Source: Basidiobolus meristosporus CBS 931.73
Taxonomy: Eukaryota > Fungi > Basidiobolomycota
Assembly (NCBI GenBank): GCA_002104905.1
Contig: MCFE01000211.1
Span: forward strand, 1 to 64,000
Direction: 5' to 3'
DNA length: 64,000 nt
Shown piece after piece: positions 48,171 to 60,944 of the stretch. The notes under the pieces were generated by a model. The model was not told the origin of the DNA, did no database searches, and was given only the letters and a program-made list of their open reading frames with translations. Positions within the stretch are counted from its first letter, which is position 1. The number at the start of each line of letters is the position of its first letter. Both the position numbers and the translations under genes were made by a program.

Positions 48171-48186
48171 TGTGTGTGTGTGTGTG
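48171..48186. repeat. (TG)8 microsatellite
   Basis: tgtgtgtgtgtgtgtg just downstream of Ecl1 paralogue B. Confidence 0.8.
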
Positions 48187-48218
48187 AATTGCTGAAGATT
48201 CGGAATTACTGGCTTTTC

Positions 48219-48542
48219 TTACACTGCGTATAGGCGTTTGGCGAAAGTTGGCGATACCTTCCCGTACGAGCGTCCACAATGTTGGCTCAAGGAAAAGTGA
48301 GGCGGTGAGATCTTTTCGGAAGGATATGATCGGTAAACAGGTGAGAGCGGTGGCGACGAGAAACCAATTTTGGGAGAGGTGGGTGAGCGAACACTGCAAA
48401 TGCTGGTGCGGCGGTTCTCGTATGTCAGCGTAGGAGAGCAGCTGGGATCTGACTTGGCGTCTTGCAGGCGGCACTGCTGACTGCAATAGAGACCATCGAA
48501 ATCGATGTGCTTGTCACAAACGGTGCACCAATTGGTATCCAT
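48219..48542 (-). CDS. Ecl1/2/3-family small zinc-binding protein, paralogue B
   Basis: MDTNWCTVCDKHIDFDGLYCSQQCRLQD; shares SPPLSP and KISPP with paralogue A. Confidence 0.85.
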   Translation of the reverse strand: MDTNWCTVCDKHIDFDGLYCSQQCRLQDAKSDPSCSPTLTYENRRTSICSVRSPTSPKIGFSSPPLSPVYRSYPSEKISPPHFSLSQHCGRSYGKVSPTFAKRLYAV

Positions 48543-50392
48543 AGTAATACTAAGCAAAGACGGTATAAATCGAGTATAGTCTGATGATATAAACGCTGCG
48601 AGAGACGTTTTGGTATGCGGAGTTGTGACTGACTTCGCGGGTAGACACCTGATTTGTCTTTGACAGAGGATTTATCGCGGAAGCGAAGATGCGGATTATT
48701 CTTGGCTTGGTCCAGCTTTTATATGAGCCGTGGTCGTGATCATTGAATGACTCAGGGATACTCAAAGAGACGGATCATGAGATTGGGCATGACATGAAAA
48801 GTCACTGGTGATTGATTGGTACCCTCGGATAACTCCCACAGGTTCACCCCAAATCCATTCTCTCGGCGAAACCGACACGGGAGTAGTAGCACGTCATTAG
48901 CCAACCAGCATTCTAAATCCATGGTTATCTCTGATGAGCGTCCAATAAACATTGACTTTTCGGAAAGTGCACTTATTCTAGGATAAATGTGTCCAAAAGG
49001 TATCATGAACTTCGTAAATTGGCTAATATTTCGATCCATGATCCGTGCTATTCGTTAGTCCGCCTGAGAAATATTGTTTAGCACGAATCGCTGACAGCCA
49101 ATCCATTCCCGCACCGCAAGCCAAGTGGGAATCTGATTTGACGAGCTAATAGAGTACAAATTGAGGATTTTGATGCAAGGCGAATGGTGTAATCCTTAGA
49201 TGAAATAAGATTTGAGGCTGGATGCAAGAATCTAATTCACTACATCTAGAACTGCCTCACCCATCTGAATCAAACCCAGAATCCTCGCTCTGTGCTACTC
49301 CCTCCCAACAATGAAAGTTTGGCTTATCCAGGCTTCAGGATCTTGCGAATCCCACTCTTCTTTATTTCAGCATGTTCTTGAGCAATAAGCTGGTAGGCAC
49401 ACTACTGGCTCCATCTGGTGAGGTGGATGGGTCTCGTTGGATTGGTGGACTACTCCCTTGTATTGTCCACATTAGCTGACATATTCCCTCCATAAGCTAG
49501 CAATCGCCCATATCCTCTCATGCTGAGTAAATATGACTCATTGGGATCTATTAATAAACACATTCCGGGTACTACCAATAGGGGTTGGCATGCCACCCAA
49601 TTTCTGGTGTATATTACTCTCAATCTATGAAATGAGTTTAACTTCGTAATTAATAGCACACGTATTGTCCCGATGGGACAGTTCGAAATCCACGGAGATT
49701 CAGTGTTCCTGGGTCACCAACTCTCGGATTACTGGTTTAACTTCAGTTGAGTTATTATGTCAAGAGCTAGGTCATCACAGACTAACCAGAGTTTGTGCAG
49801 AGTGGCATCATTGATGATAGGATGCTGGTACCTATCGACTAATTCAGAATGAGTTGACGTCGTGCATATAGAAGCTGGTTCAAACCACCCCTTGGTCTGT
49901 GGATTGTTCCATGAGACATAGTATGCGGTAGTTGATAGATGTCCAGTGATCTTGATTAAGCGCATTGATTACCCAGAAGTAAAGCAGAGTGGGTAATGCT
50001 TATTCACTGCTGCTATCATTGAATCTCCCATCAAATTTCGGCGCAATATATGTATGTTTGGTCATGATCAAGACGAGCATCTTATTCATCATATTTAGTA
50101 GCGACATGGTACGCATACTGTCTGGTATTGGAGCGTTCCTCAAGGATAGGGTAAGATTGAAGGTTACAGACAAGGTGATTCGGAATATGTTACAGGATGG
50201 GTTGCTGTTCAATAGGTAATAAATAGAAACCATAGATGACGCGCGACACTTCAGGGTCGATGGAGATAGTAAAAAGCGAAGGTTGTGAGATGCAAGCGCG
50301 GGGAGGAGAGACTGTGATATATTACATGGTGGAATTGCCAATGAGGCACGGTACGTCGGTCAAACACAGGTTAGATCCATGCCAACATCGAC

Positions 50393-51536
50393 TTACCAAC
50401 CCAGCCCGTAGTAGCCAGGGCTAGCGACGAGGCTTTCTTCCGACTTGGTGAAGGTTTGTTGTCGACGGCAGGGGCGACAGAAATGCTCATGCTGCTGACG
50501 TTGCCAAAGGACGTTTTGATGTAGGCTCTCGGACAGCTCCTTAGCAAGCGGATCCTGCTCGTAGTTGCCATCCAGTGCCCCTAATGTACACAAACCCTTG
50601 AAAAGCGATGGTTTGGAGTGTGGAGCTGAGGGGGAAGAACACTTTTGAAAGAGCGTTGAGAGCAGTGATGGCTTGGAGGGCTCATAATGTATCGTTTGTT
50701 TCGGCACTTCAATTTTCTCAAACACACAGCTACTGGCGGTGGATAAGGTGGATTGGTAGCTAGAAGAGATCGACTCCCAGTCCTCGTCCTCATTGGCAAA
50801 GCTTCCAGAACCCAAATCTCCATCATCCTCTGGGGTGTTTTGACCTGAGATTTGGGTTAAGCTTTGTAAATCCATGACGGTACGTGAACTTTTCAATCTG
50901 TCGAATACTTCGCTGCGTGCACTGCCTTCTTCCTCGTACGAGTCGGCAATAAAGAAGATCTTGCGTTTCCTATCGTGGACCGCAACATCCAGCGGAGATG
51001 CAGAATCTTCTAGTTTCGTAGGCTCAAACGCATTATCTGAGACAAATCCAATGGTTTCTGGAGGACCATCTAGATCCGATTCATCGTGATACGTGGTGGC
51101 TAATTCCAACTTTGAGGAATTCGAGCTGGCAAGGTCATGAAGACAAGAAGTTGAGTGTTGCCGACATAGGGCATTCAGTGTAGTTCGATCGTCCCCGGTA
51201 GTTGGGGCGTTCCTGCTGAATGTTGGTGGATCCAGATCCAGGTTCAGTTCCTTTCCATATTCAACAGTGATTTGTGGGGAGGAGCTTCGCTTGGTAGAGC
51301 TCTGACGAAACCACAAACGCCAGGAAAGATTCTCCAGTCTTTCACCGTTCAAGAGGGTTTCCTTACATTTGCTGAATACTAATAAACCAAAGACATCAGA
51401 ATCTGCCCAGGTGTGGAAGCACAGGAAAATCTTTACCTGTCCACATGGAAAGTAAGTTTTCGCAATCTATACCTCGAAGTTTATGAACGTTATCAAATGT
51501 GAGTGTCAACACTGGCTCGGATATGAGACTAGGCAT
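50393..51536 (-). CDS. DUF1752 (AreA N-terminal-like) plus DUF3295-type protein, Mks1-like regulator, 2 exons
   Basis: SMWT|VFSKCKETLLNGERLENLSWRLW at the N-terminus; KELSESLHQNVLWQRQ and YYGLGW at the C-terminus. Confidence 0.8.
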
Positions 51537-54500
51537 TGTGGAGAGGTAAGGAGCGTTGGAGTAGAGCGACGATGGTGGAGAGCTTCAGGCTATGGCGATA
51601 GGTAACGGATATCAGGTGGCTACAGCTAAGCGTGCAACAAAAGCAGCTTCAAGTCTCTAACGATACTTCCAGTGTATTTTCATTGACCAAAGTCGTCCAG
51701 AGTCGAGAGGGACGAGGAGGGAATTTATATGTCAGCGAGTCGGAATTGTTGGCGGATGTTAATCTTACAACAATATGATCAATATAAACAATTCGGCAAT
51801 TTTGTAGCGACCATACGTCAGTAAATTGATTGGGGATCATAGAGTGTGTTGATTGATGTTGACATCCAGTTGGACTACTCCAGCTTAATACACCACATTA
51901 CATTGAAGGCTAGTTGTTGTATCATTCACAGTAATGTACAGATCATCGATAACCTGTTCCAAGCCTCAAGCCGAAACATCAAGTGTGGCAAATCCATTAA
52001 GTTACAACCCCATTTCTTATCTTGAGCCCCTAGCGTGAATTAATTCAATCGATAAGTAATCCGTCACACTAACCGCTGTAGATGTAGTCCATTCTCTATT
52101 CCACAAGGATTATGATCCAGTTTGGCTGGATTCCGGGAATAATGGACGGGCTACCACTAGGACAAAGAGTTCATTCTATATGTGGATCGATGCTTCTTCC
52201 ACCAGTCAATGTTATGAAAATCACCATATCTCCCTATAACAACGTGCTTTCTACTACCTTGCCACACTTAGAACTTACTGAGACGTGATGGGGGTTCTCC
52301 AGCTGATGGTCCAATCATTGAGCCTCTCTTGATCCACACGACCTTCCAGCATTGATTCGAAGTGCTAAGCCACTCTTAACCAGTATTGACGAGGTACAAC
52401 ATGTTGTGCCACCCTAATGAGTGAGTATAGGCGCAAAAATACACCTACCCAGCCAATATTTCGCTTCGGATCAAGATTTTTTCTACTTGCCAGTAGTTAG
52501 ACAACGAGTTACTTCGGAACCAAGCTGTTTCATGGAGACCTCCTAATCAAAGCTGATCTTTCCTCGTTGTGTCGTGCATGTGTTTGATAGGTGGGACAGA
52601 GATCTATCCTTGATCCACACTAGGTGCATGGGAAACAGGCTCGCTTAGCCATAGCTGATTTGAACGATTTTCCCACTTGCTTCCCATATGTTCTCGATGA
52701 TTGGAAGCTTCTGCTCACGAGAGTACTGCACACGGGGTTAAGCATTGTTAGTGTCCCCTACAATCTCAATCATATCAATGATTCTATCGCAGTGATAAGT
52801 GCCTGTCGTGTTCCCGTCCTGATTGCAATATTGTCTCTCCTGTTTACTTTACATCACAGAAGGATAATGTGGAGGATGAGCAATGTATATATTGTTAGCT
52901 TGAAGGATGTCATGGACGACATGGTTCTTCGAATCATTGGTTTCAGGCCTTGAGTAAACGGCTTTCGTTATCACTTTTCTGGCTCACCATTTGTGTGCAA
53001 GTGTATACGGCTAGGAGTAGTATAATCGAGCTTCTTAAACGCATTTTGTTATCTAGAAATCAATTAGTCAATTTAAATATGCTGCTACAGCGACAACCTC
53101 AAAAATAGTAGCGTTCTTACAACAATAGCACAACCCGATCATAATATTAGCAACTGTCTAGCCGATATCTCAGTGATCACCCAGATATTAGACACTCATC
53201 ATGATTAGCAATTGACCTTCAACAACTAGCCCCATACCTTCAACAATTAACCCCTGCCTTTCAAATCAGGAAGGGAAGCAGCAAAGCCTGAGTAGAGTTT
53301 ATGCATAAATCTAATTAAAGATAATCGCCTGCTTCACTGTTGTTTAATCAATCGCTAAGCTTGGAAGTTCTAGATTGAATTCTATAAGCTTGACACAATT
53401 CCAACAATCAATTTAGTTGAGGTCTCATTACAACCTTCAATTACAGTATCATTGCAAGGGTATTACATCACCATATATGAACGGTTGTTGGTGCGCATTA
53501 TGTTCATTGTCTTGGCATACTATCAAAGTCTATAACCTCATAGTGAGGTGCATTCTTACTTCAGAGTTCATTCAGTAATGAGCTATTAACATATGGAGCC
53601 AGGAATTTATATGAAATAGTAGACCATGGATCAAAAATTAAAAACAAGGCATGCTTGATGTTGCTCTTCATTCTTCACATAACACTCATTAATACTTGAA
53701 CAAAACTTCGGAAATTGTGGAGGTACTGAAAGAATAGAACGGAGTAGACTTGATACGTTTGTTTTTAAAAGAAGTCTCTAGCATTATCTATACTTGACCT
53801 GATTTGAATATGCCGATAAGTAAGCTCATATCTTCCTCCCAATGCTCTGTATCACTTCCCTTTAACTTGAAGCAAGTGGAAATGGGAACTGAGAAGGATT
53901 TTTCACTACAGGAGCCATTCTTTTGGAAACTATATTATGGCTAAATTGATGAACAATTAAGGAATCATCAAAAAAAGAGTTTCCTATATTCTGGATAGTT
54001 TTATGAAATCAAAGAACGCCTGTCATAGCATATAGGCAAACTGATACTAGATAGTTCGTTTCCTCAGTATCAAGGGTGAGTTTCTGCATCATCTAGCTAG
54101 CATTTGCACCCGCGTAACGGCAAATCACTGTTCAACGCCCTTGCACCAAGTTTCAACCCCACCCTAGCGTTCATACTTGTAACTATTCCTTAATTGGATT
54201 TCGCTGACTCTGTCGATCGGCGAATCGGTTTTCCATCCTTGTTGGTTACATCCTGTACAGGTCACGTTGTATAAGCATAGGAGAGAGATTATGGTGAATT
54301 CAGCAAAAGCCATCTGAGATCAATTTGGCATCATTTAACATTAGAGCATATATATGGTGATTATGAGTAGATTGCGAATTTATAAACGTATAAGCGTCTT
54401 TCTGGTGATATAATATCCTTCTGAGGGAGTTTGAATCCCTCAAAATCGGACCCAAGTGGTGGCTGCGCGAGACTATGTTCTACCGTCCTACCATTGATTT

Positions 54501-55765
54501 GTCATGCAGTTTCATGGCCTCATCGAGAGAAGGAATTCTGATAGCATCATGTGAATGTTATGGTTACCGATCAGATAGTCTTTGGAGGTGTGAGAAATTT
54601 CTCTCTCTAAAAGGTAGTATTGCACCTACTCACCAACAAATCAGGATTCCAAGTGGATCAGGCCATCTCATAGCAGCTATTACCAACTTGCCCTAGTGCA
54701 GAAATTCTTCGCTTGCGGAGTCGATGTCACGTGCCCTATTACATCAACCCCATATACTGTTCATTGCAGCCTCTAATTTGGTCAGGTCGTTTGATTCCAC
54801 TCTTTAAAAATAGTCATTCAGCTGTGGATTGCTCCAGATTCAGCATCGAAAGCAATATACAGAGTAGATGGCGCTAATTGATTCAAAACCGCCGAACCCA
54901 ATCTAGGCATATGTCACGAACCCACATCAGCAGAGCAGTACTTGCGGATTTCTAGCCGGGTGTAACGGGTCGGAGAATCGATCTATCCCGCTAGGAAGCA
55001 GTGCATAGTACAGGCAACTAAAATGCTGAGTCTCGTTTGGCGACAGGGCAGTGAGGGCCCACTTAGGAAAGATGCTATGATTATCAGAGGGAATGTAAGT
55101 TGGTCGAAAAGGGCTCGAGATCATGCTGATTGAAAGCAAGCGGATGGTGAAACCTTTGGCTCTAGATCGGTTTCGCTCACCAAAATTCTCGAGATGGCGC
55201 ATGGATGGGAGCGAATCGAGGTGAAAACTGCTAGTCCTACACCGTGGGGCATTTGTCTAGAGCAAAGGAAGGAGTGCTAAGTGCTAAAACTATGGTTCTA
55301 TCACCCAGTGATACAAGCCAATCATGATTTGGTGGTATTCTGTACCATTGCGACAAGACAATAACTAAACCAACATTGGGGGTTTCCATCTCTCATTTGC
55401 TAGAATTGGCCCATTCTACTCCATTGGATCTTGGATCAATTACAGACTCAGGTCAAACAATCATCGAAAAAGGTTACCTGATCAGCAAAGGAGTCATCTC
55501 TTAATACAGCGCCATATATAGCAAAGTATCGTCAGCATTTTTTTCGAATAAGGGATCCTTCCGTCTCTGTTTGCAATGTCATTTGACAGGAAGTTTCATG
55601 AAGAGTAGGCCCGATTATGAATCTTCGATTACCTTCATATCTTTATTTTCCATGTTGGACCACAGTGTGCCAACGGTGAATCCGATTCCATCATATATAA
55701 ATAGTCTTAGCCAAGATGTCATGTATATTCACCGCCTACACTCAGCAACCTAAATCCTATATATC

Positions 55766-57112
55766 ATGGTCACCAAACAACCCGATCCGTATTTTGTTGA
55801 TTCGTCAATTTCCAACTTAAATATGTCATTTCCTCATAACGCTTACTCCGCCCATGCTCAGCAGTACCCGACAGAAGCTGCCAGCGACCCTCCTTACAAA
55901 TCTAGGAAGAAGAGACAACAAGTCAAAAATGCCTGTGGTAAGTGCACATCTCACCTTCCCACCTTTCCTGGTTGCTTTCCATATACACCCCCACGTGTTG
56001 CTCCTCCACCTCCTCGCCCGACCCCAATCCCTCCTGCCTCGAGGATGCTGAGTGTACGATTTGCCCATGTGTGCACCACACTATCCTCCTCAGCTATCCT
56101 CCGCATCCTCTCACCATCGTTGAGTGGGTCGGCAACACCACCACCACTAGCAGCAACCACCCCACCCCCAAACATGACATCAAGAGCATTGCACTAATTG
56201 AGCCTCCATTGTGCAGTCAACTGCCAGAAAGCCTGTAAGAAATGCAATGAAGGAAGGCCTTGCTCACGGTGTATCAAGTACGGGTTGACTGACACATGTG
56301 TCGACTCGCCACGCAAAGCCAGGAAGAAGGGAGTGAAGAGAGGCCCATACAAGCGCAGAAAGGCTTTGGGGAAAGGGATGGAAAACAAGGCCGGGAGACA
56401 GACAGGAGCAGTGATGGTCGATGCAAAGACCACTCCATTCACCCAAGCCCAGGTGAACATGGAGCCCAGCCAGGCATCAGGACTAGCACCAGCTCCCTAC
56501 TTCGCAAGACCATCAGCATTCTCACCAGTACCAAGTCAACCATTATTCGAACAGGCTAATCCGAGGATTTCTTCAGACAGCGAATACGAGCAAGTGGACA
56601 GTGTAGGGACTCTGATGAACCCGCAAAATCAAGAATTACAACGACCACAAGCTCGACGATTCTCTGTCGAACTTCCACTGCTATCCAAAGTGGATGTCAT
56701 GCCGCGCGCATCCTCAGTTGATCGTAACTACCACTCCGACTACCACCATGAGTTGCGACAGAACCAAAATTCGAGCGAATTGAGGAATATAAAGATGCTC
56801 ACCATCGAGCTACCAAGTATAGCCACCATTACCTCAAGAGTAAACCAACCTCCGACGCCTGTAGCAGTACTCCCACCACTGACGAATCTGGTGATGCAGG
56901 TTCGTGAACGAGAGGTGAAGGTGGAGGGAGGAGCACGTAGACGGTCAATCTCACCAAGTGAAAGTGAGAACTCGTTGCCAGCGTCGCCAATAGATCTAGG
57001 TTGGCAATTTCAACATGGTATGGAAATGCAAAGCCGCCTACCACCTATTAGCATTAAGTCTAGCGCTTTTCATCATCTAAAACCCTATCAAAATCGAAAC
57101 TTGATATCATGA
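55766..57112 (+). CDS. Zn(II)2Cys6 transcription factor, paralogue A (intron 55938-56216)
   Basis: Spliced QVKNAC|VNCQKACKKCNEGRPCSRCIKYGLTDTC = C-x2-C-x6-C-x5-C-x2-C-x8-C, then RKKGVKRGPYKRR. TATA ~55695; start could be 55823. Confidence 0.88.
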
Positions 57113-59638
57113 CCACTTCACCCCTCTACGCAAACCTCGCTGTCATTGTACATAACGTTCAAATAATGTAGATTAATATGGCCTCCGTTAAATAAGGAAT
57201 TGTCCCAGGTGACTCATCTCTCAATCATGACTTCAATAGATCCTTCGAGATGAGGCAAATAACACTGGAGCTTAATAAAACTAGGTCCGTGATACAAATG
57301 ATCGTCCAAAGAATGCTTGAATTGTATGTAATCACATTTTCATTCTCTGGATTGTTGTACCCACGGGTTAGGAAACCTCCACTAGTCCTTTTTAACTCGG
57401 ATGAACTGGTGGGCCCCTTTACACTGAATAGGAAGCGCCTCATCATTCGCGCTGTCTTTGCATTGAGCCCGAAACGAAACAACAATGTAGCCATGGATAG
57501 TGCGGATTCACCACCGATCTTCATACTTTCGAATACATCTAAATGTTTATCGAGACTTGAGCAATCCACGACCTCCATGTATCATGATCTATATTAGGAT
57601 CCTCTCGCGAGTGCAAGATATGACGACTCATGCTCACCATGTGGTAAACTAAACATTTCCTAGCTGGGAGTTGGCTGATTTGTCAAGACCAAGTATCACT
57701 TGAGCGTGAGGTAGGCTGATTGGTCATCCATTTCGGAATGGTGTAATGATTACGCCGAGTTTTGCAAGTGGCCCGACATCATTTTTCGGGATTATACAAG
57801 CATGCGGAATGGTGGAAGTAATTGGCGGTGGATGGAGATGGAGTACGAACACCTGGTACTTTTTGGGTTGCTTCGCCAACACATGATGTGTGCTGAGATT
57901 AGTCTGTCATTGTTACTATGTAAACTGCGATTCCACTGCCATCCTCAATCTCTCGCTACACTGACAGATTTCAAGGAGTATCTGAAATCGTGAGTCTGCT
58001 ACAGGTCAGTTGATTTTATGCTGAGCTGGCTGACTTCCCGATTTGGCCACTTAGGAGGGTATTTCATCCAATAGGCAAGCGATAGCGGTAAATATCAGGA
58101 GATCGCTCATCCGTTAATCGCCATATTAAGTGCACAACTAGTGCATATTATCTAGGTTATCCTTCCATACAAATGGTAGAGGGATCTTTGATCGCATTTG
58201 AGGTGAATTTATTATTGTTACATTTCAATTGAAGCGCTACTAATACAATTACTGAAAATTTCTCGCTTAAATCAGCATGCGTAAGTATACATATAATACA
58301 ACTTTTGTGATTGCATCTGATCTGGCTATGAATACTATACCATATATATATATGTATATATACTTGCTTGTATTTCTACATAGAGATCTGCAGCATTTCA
58401 GACTCTATTGGTGAAGGGCGACTGATCAATAAAGAAGTCAAGTCCCATTTTGTTGAAACCGCCGTTCATGGCTGACGATGTACAGCTCCTGATAGGCGAA
58501 AAACGGTCCTGCATTGTCTCGTTGTGTTGAAATTGCCAGCCTAGATCTACTGGTGACGCTGGCAATGAATTTTCGCTTTCACTTGGTGAGATTGACCGTC
58601 TACGGCCTACCGCATCGGCCATTACATTTTCACTTGGCTTATCCATGTGAACCCCGCTAGCCGGAAGGATGTTTGTCAATGGTGGGAGTTGTGCTATAGG
58701 AGTTGGGGGCTGATTTACTCTTGCGGTAATGGTGGTGATACTCGGTAACTTCGGCAACTTGATGGTAAGCTCTCTTGTATTTCCTTCCCTTGTACTTTGG
58801 TTCTGTCGCAACTCATGGTGGTAGTCGGAGTGGTAGTTACGATCAACTGAGGATGCGCGCGGCATGACATCCACTTTGGATAGCAGTGGAAGTTGGACAG
58901 AGAAGCGTCGAGCTTGTGGTCGTTGTAATTCTTGATTTTGCGGGTTCATCAGAGCCTGTAGACTAGCCTGTTGGGACGCTGGCTTACTTGGCACTGGTGA
59001 GAATGCTGATGGTCTTGTGAAGTAGGGAGCTGGTGCTAGTCCTGATGCCTGGCTGGGCTCCATGTTCACCTGGGCTTGGGTGAATGGAGTGGTCTTTGCA
59101 TCGACCATCGCTGCTCCTGTCTGTCTCCCGGCTTTGTTTTCCATCCCTTTCCCCAAAGCCTTTCTGCGCTTGTATGGGCCTCTCTTCACTCCCTTCTTCC
59201 TGGCTTTGCGTGGCGAGTCGACACATGTGTCAGTCAACCCGTACTTGATACACCGTGAGCAAGGCCTTCCTTCATCGCATTTCTTACAGGCTTTCTGGCA
59301 GTTGACTACACAATGGAGGCTCAATTAGTGCAATGCTCTTGATGTCATGTTTGGAGGTGGGGTGGTTGCTGCTAGTGGTGGTGGTGGTATTCCCGACCCA
59401 CTCAACGATGGTGAGAGGATGCGGAGGATGGCCGAGGAGGATAGTGTGGTGCACACATGGGCAAATCGTACACTCAGCATCCTCGAGGCAGGAGGGATTG
59501 GGGTCGGGCGAGGAGGTGGAGGAGCAACACGTGGGGGTGTATATGGAAAGCAACCAGGAAAGGTGGGAAGGTGAGATGTGCACTTACCACAGGCATTTTT
59601 GACTTGTTGTCTCTTCTTCCTAGGTTTGTAAGGAGGAT
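55890..59638. repeat. Inverted repeat formed by the two Zn2Cys6 genes
   Basis: ~55890-56536 is near-identical to the reverse complement of ~58988-59638; ~56610-56769 to ~58797-58954. Confidence 0.9.
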
Positions 59639-59759
59639 CAATAGCTGCTGCCTCCGCCATACGTTTTTCGGCTCTAGCCATGATTACATCTGAAGGCATG
59701 TACATTAAGTCTGATCCTGTAGAGTTTTGATAATGTCGACTCTCAATATAGCTATTCAT
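58398..59759 (-). CDS. Zn(II)2Cys6 transcription factor, paralogue B (convergent inverted copy)
   Basis: Same cluster and same intron; ATG 59759 (MNSYIES) downstream of TATAAAA ~59816-59822. Confidence 0.88.
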
Positions 59760-60944
59760 TGTATCTGAAAATGTAGTAAAACTGATAATGAATGTATCGG
59801 GGATTCTCACCAGCTTTTATAAGAAAAACCTTTCGAAAGCGGATCAATTGACACTACTCCATCTCAATCATGAATAATGATTCAGCCATACCATCCATAT
59901 GACATCATGATTGAGATAATGTTGTGGTCGTATCCGAGCAGACTTGGATAGTAAGCCATATCGGATAAAAAGTGACGGCACATCACTATATATGGAGATT
60001 TTGGGGGAAAACCTAATTCGGCCTGTGATATAGCGTTTGGACCTAGCATGATGCCACTTGCGCACCCCGACTAATCCTTTTGTTGAATTCATAAGAAATG
60101 TTTAAAGGAATATACAGAGAAATCAAATCTACGCAACATTGAACAAGCGGATAATAAAAACAAGGCTATTACAGGTGAAATTTAGAACCAATAAAGGATC
60201 AGGAGAGATCAATTGGATGAACTTGAGATTTTCATCAACATTACAGTGAGCTTACTCATCCAGCTTGAAAAGGTTTCTGCAGTCTCATTGCTATGTAAGC
60301 AACGTGGTGACTCAAAAGTGGGATTATTTTAGTTAAACTAAAATGGGTTCCAGGAGTACACTAAAATATACAATGATGGCTTGATCACCCAACATCGGGA
60401 CCCTGACTTTGAAAACTTGGGAGTTACTGAAACCATAAAACTGATTACGAGATCTATTCTTTAGTGTTTATCTCACGTCTCCATCGGATACTATGATTGG
60501 CTTGACCGTCAGAAATCATAGCAAGTATAGCAAGGTAGTTGGGGTTACACTTGCACCAGTTTTACCTGAATATTGGTAGACATCGTTGTAGCTGGATAAT
60601 TGTAATGTCATTTACTTTTTCGGGGATCAATGATGACTGTGGATGTAAGAACACTGACAGGGCCAGAACTCTTTAAACCAACTGCTCAGGATAATAAACC
60701 ACTTCGATTAAATTTGCAATTTCAGTTAATCAGAATGAGGTGGCCTAGTCACATAAGGTTTGTTAAACACCTTTTCAATAATAGATTTAAGATTGCGCTA
60801 ATGTTGCTTAAATACTGTTGGCTTGTATATGCCTAGAATATACAAGTTGGATGGGTGACGTTTATCTCAGTTAATTTTGTCCTATTAATTTACCTTGAGT
60901 CGTTGAGCCTCGTCTTACTACAATTCCCAGAGGTCCATCTTTCT

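Noticed and set aside
48752-50341. Short ORFs between Ecl1 paralogue B and the DUF1752 gene
   Set aside because: No motifs and no consistent splice model; possible relic but unsupported
54423-54441. GAGGGAGTTTGAATCCCTC hairpin resembling a tRNA T-arm or B-box
   Set aside because: No acceptor, D or anticodon arms; GTTC core is mutated
55938-56216. TPP riboswitch in the long intron
   Set aside because: Only GCTGAG matches; the downstream aptamer core is absent
57225-57597. Overlapping 115/117-aa ORFs in the inverted-repeat spacer
   Set aside because: No recognisable motif; probably chance ORFs
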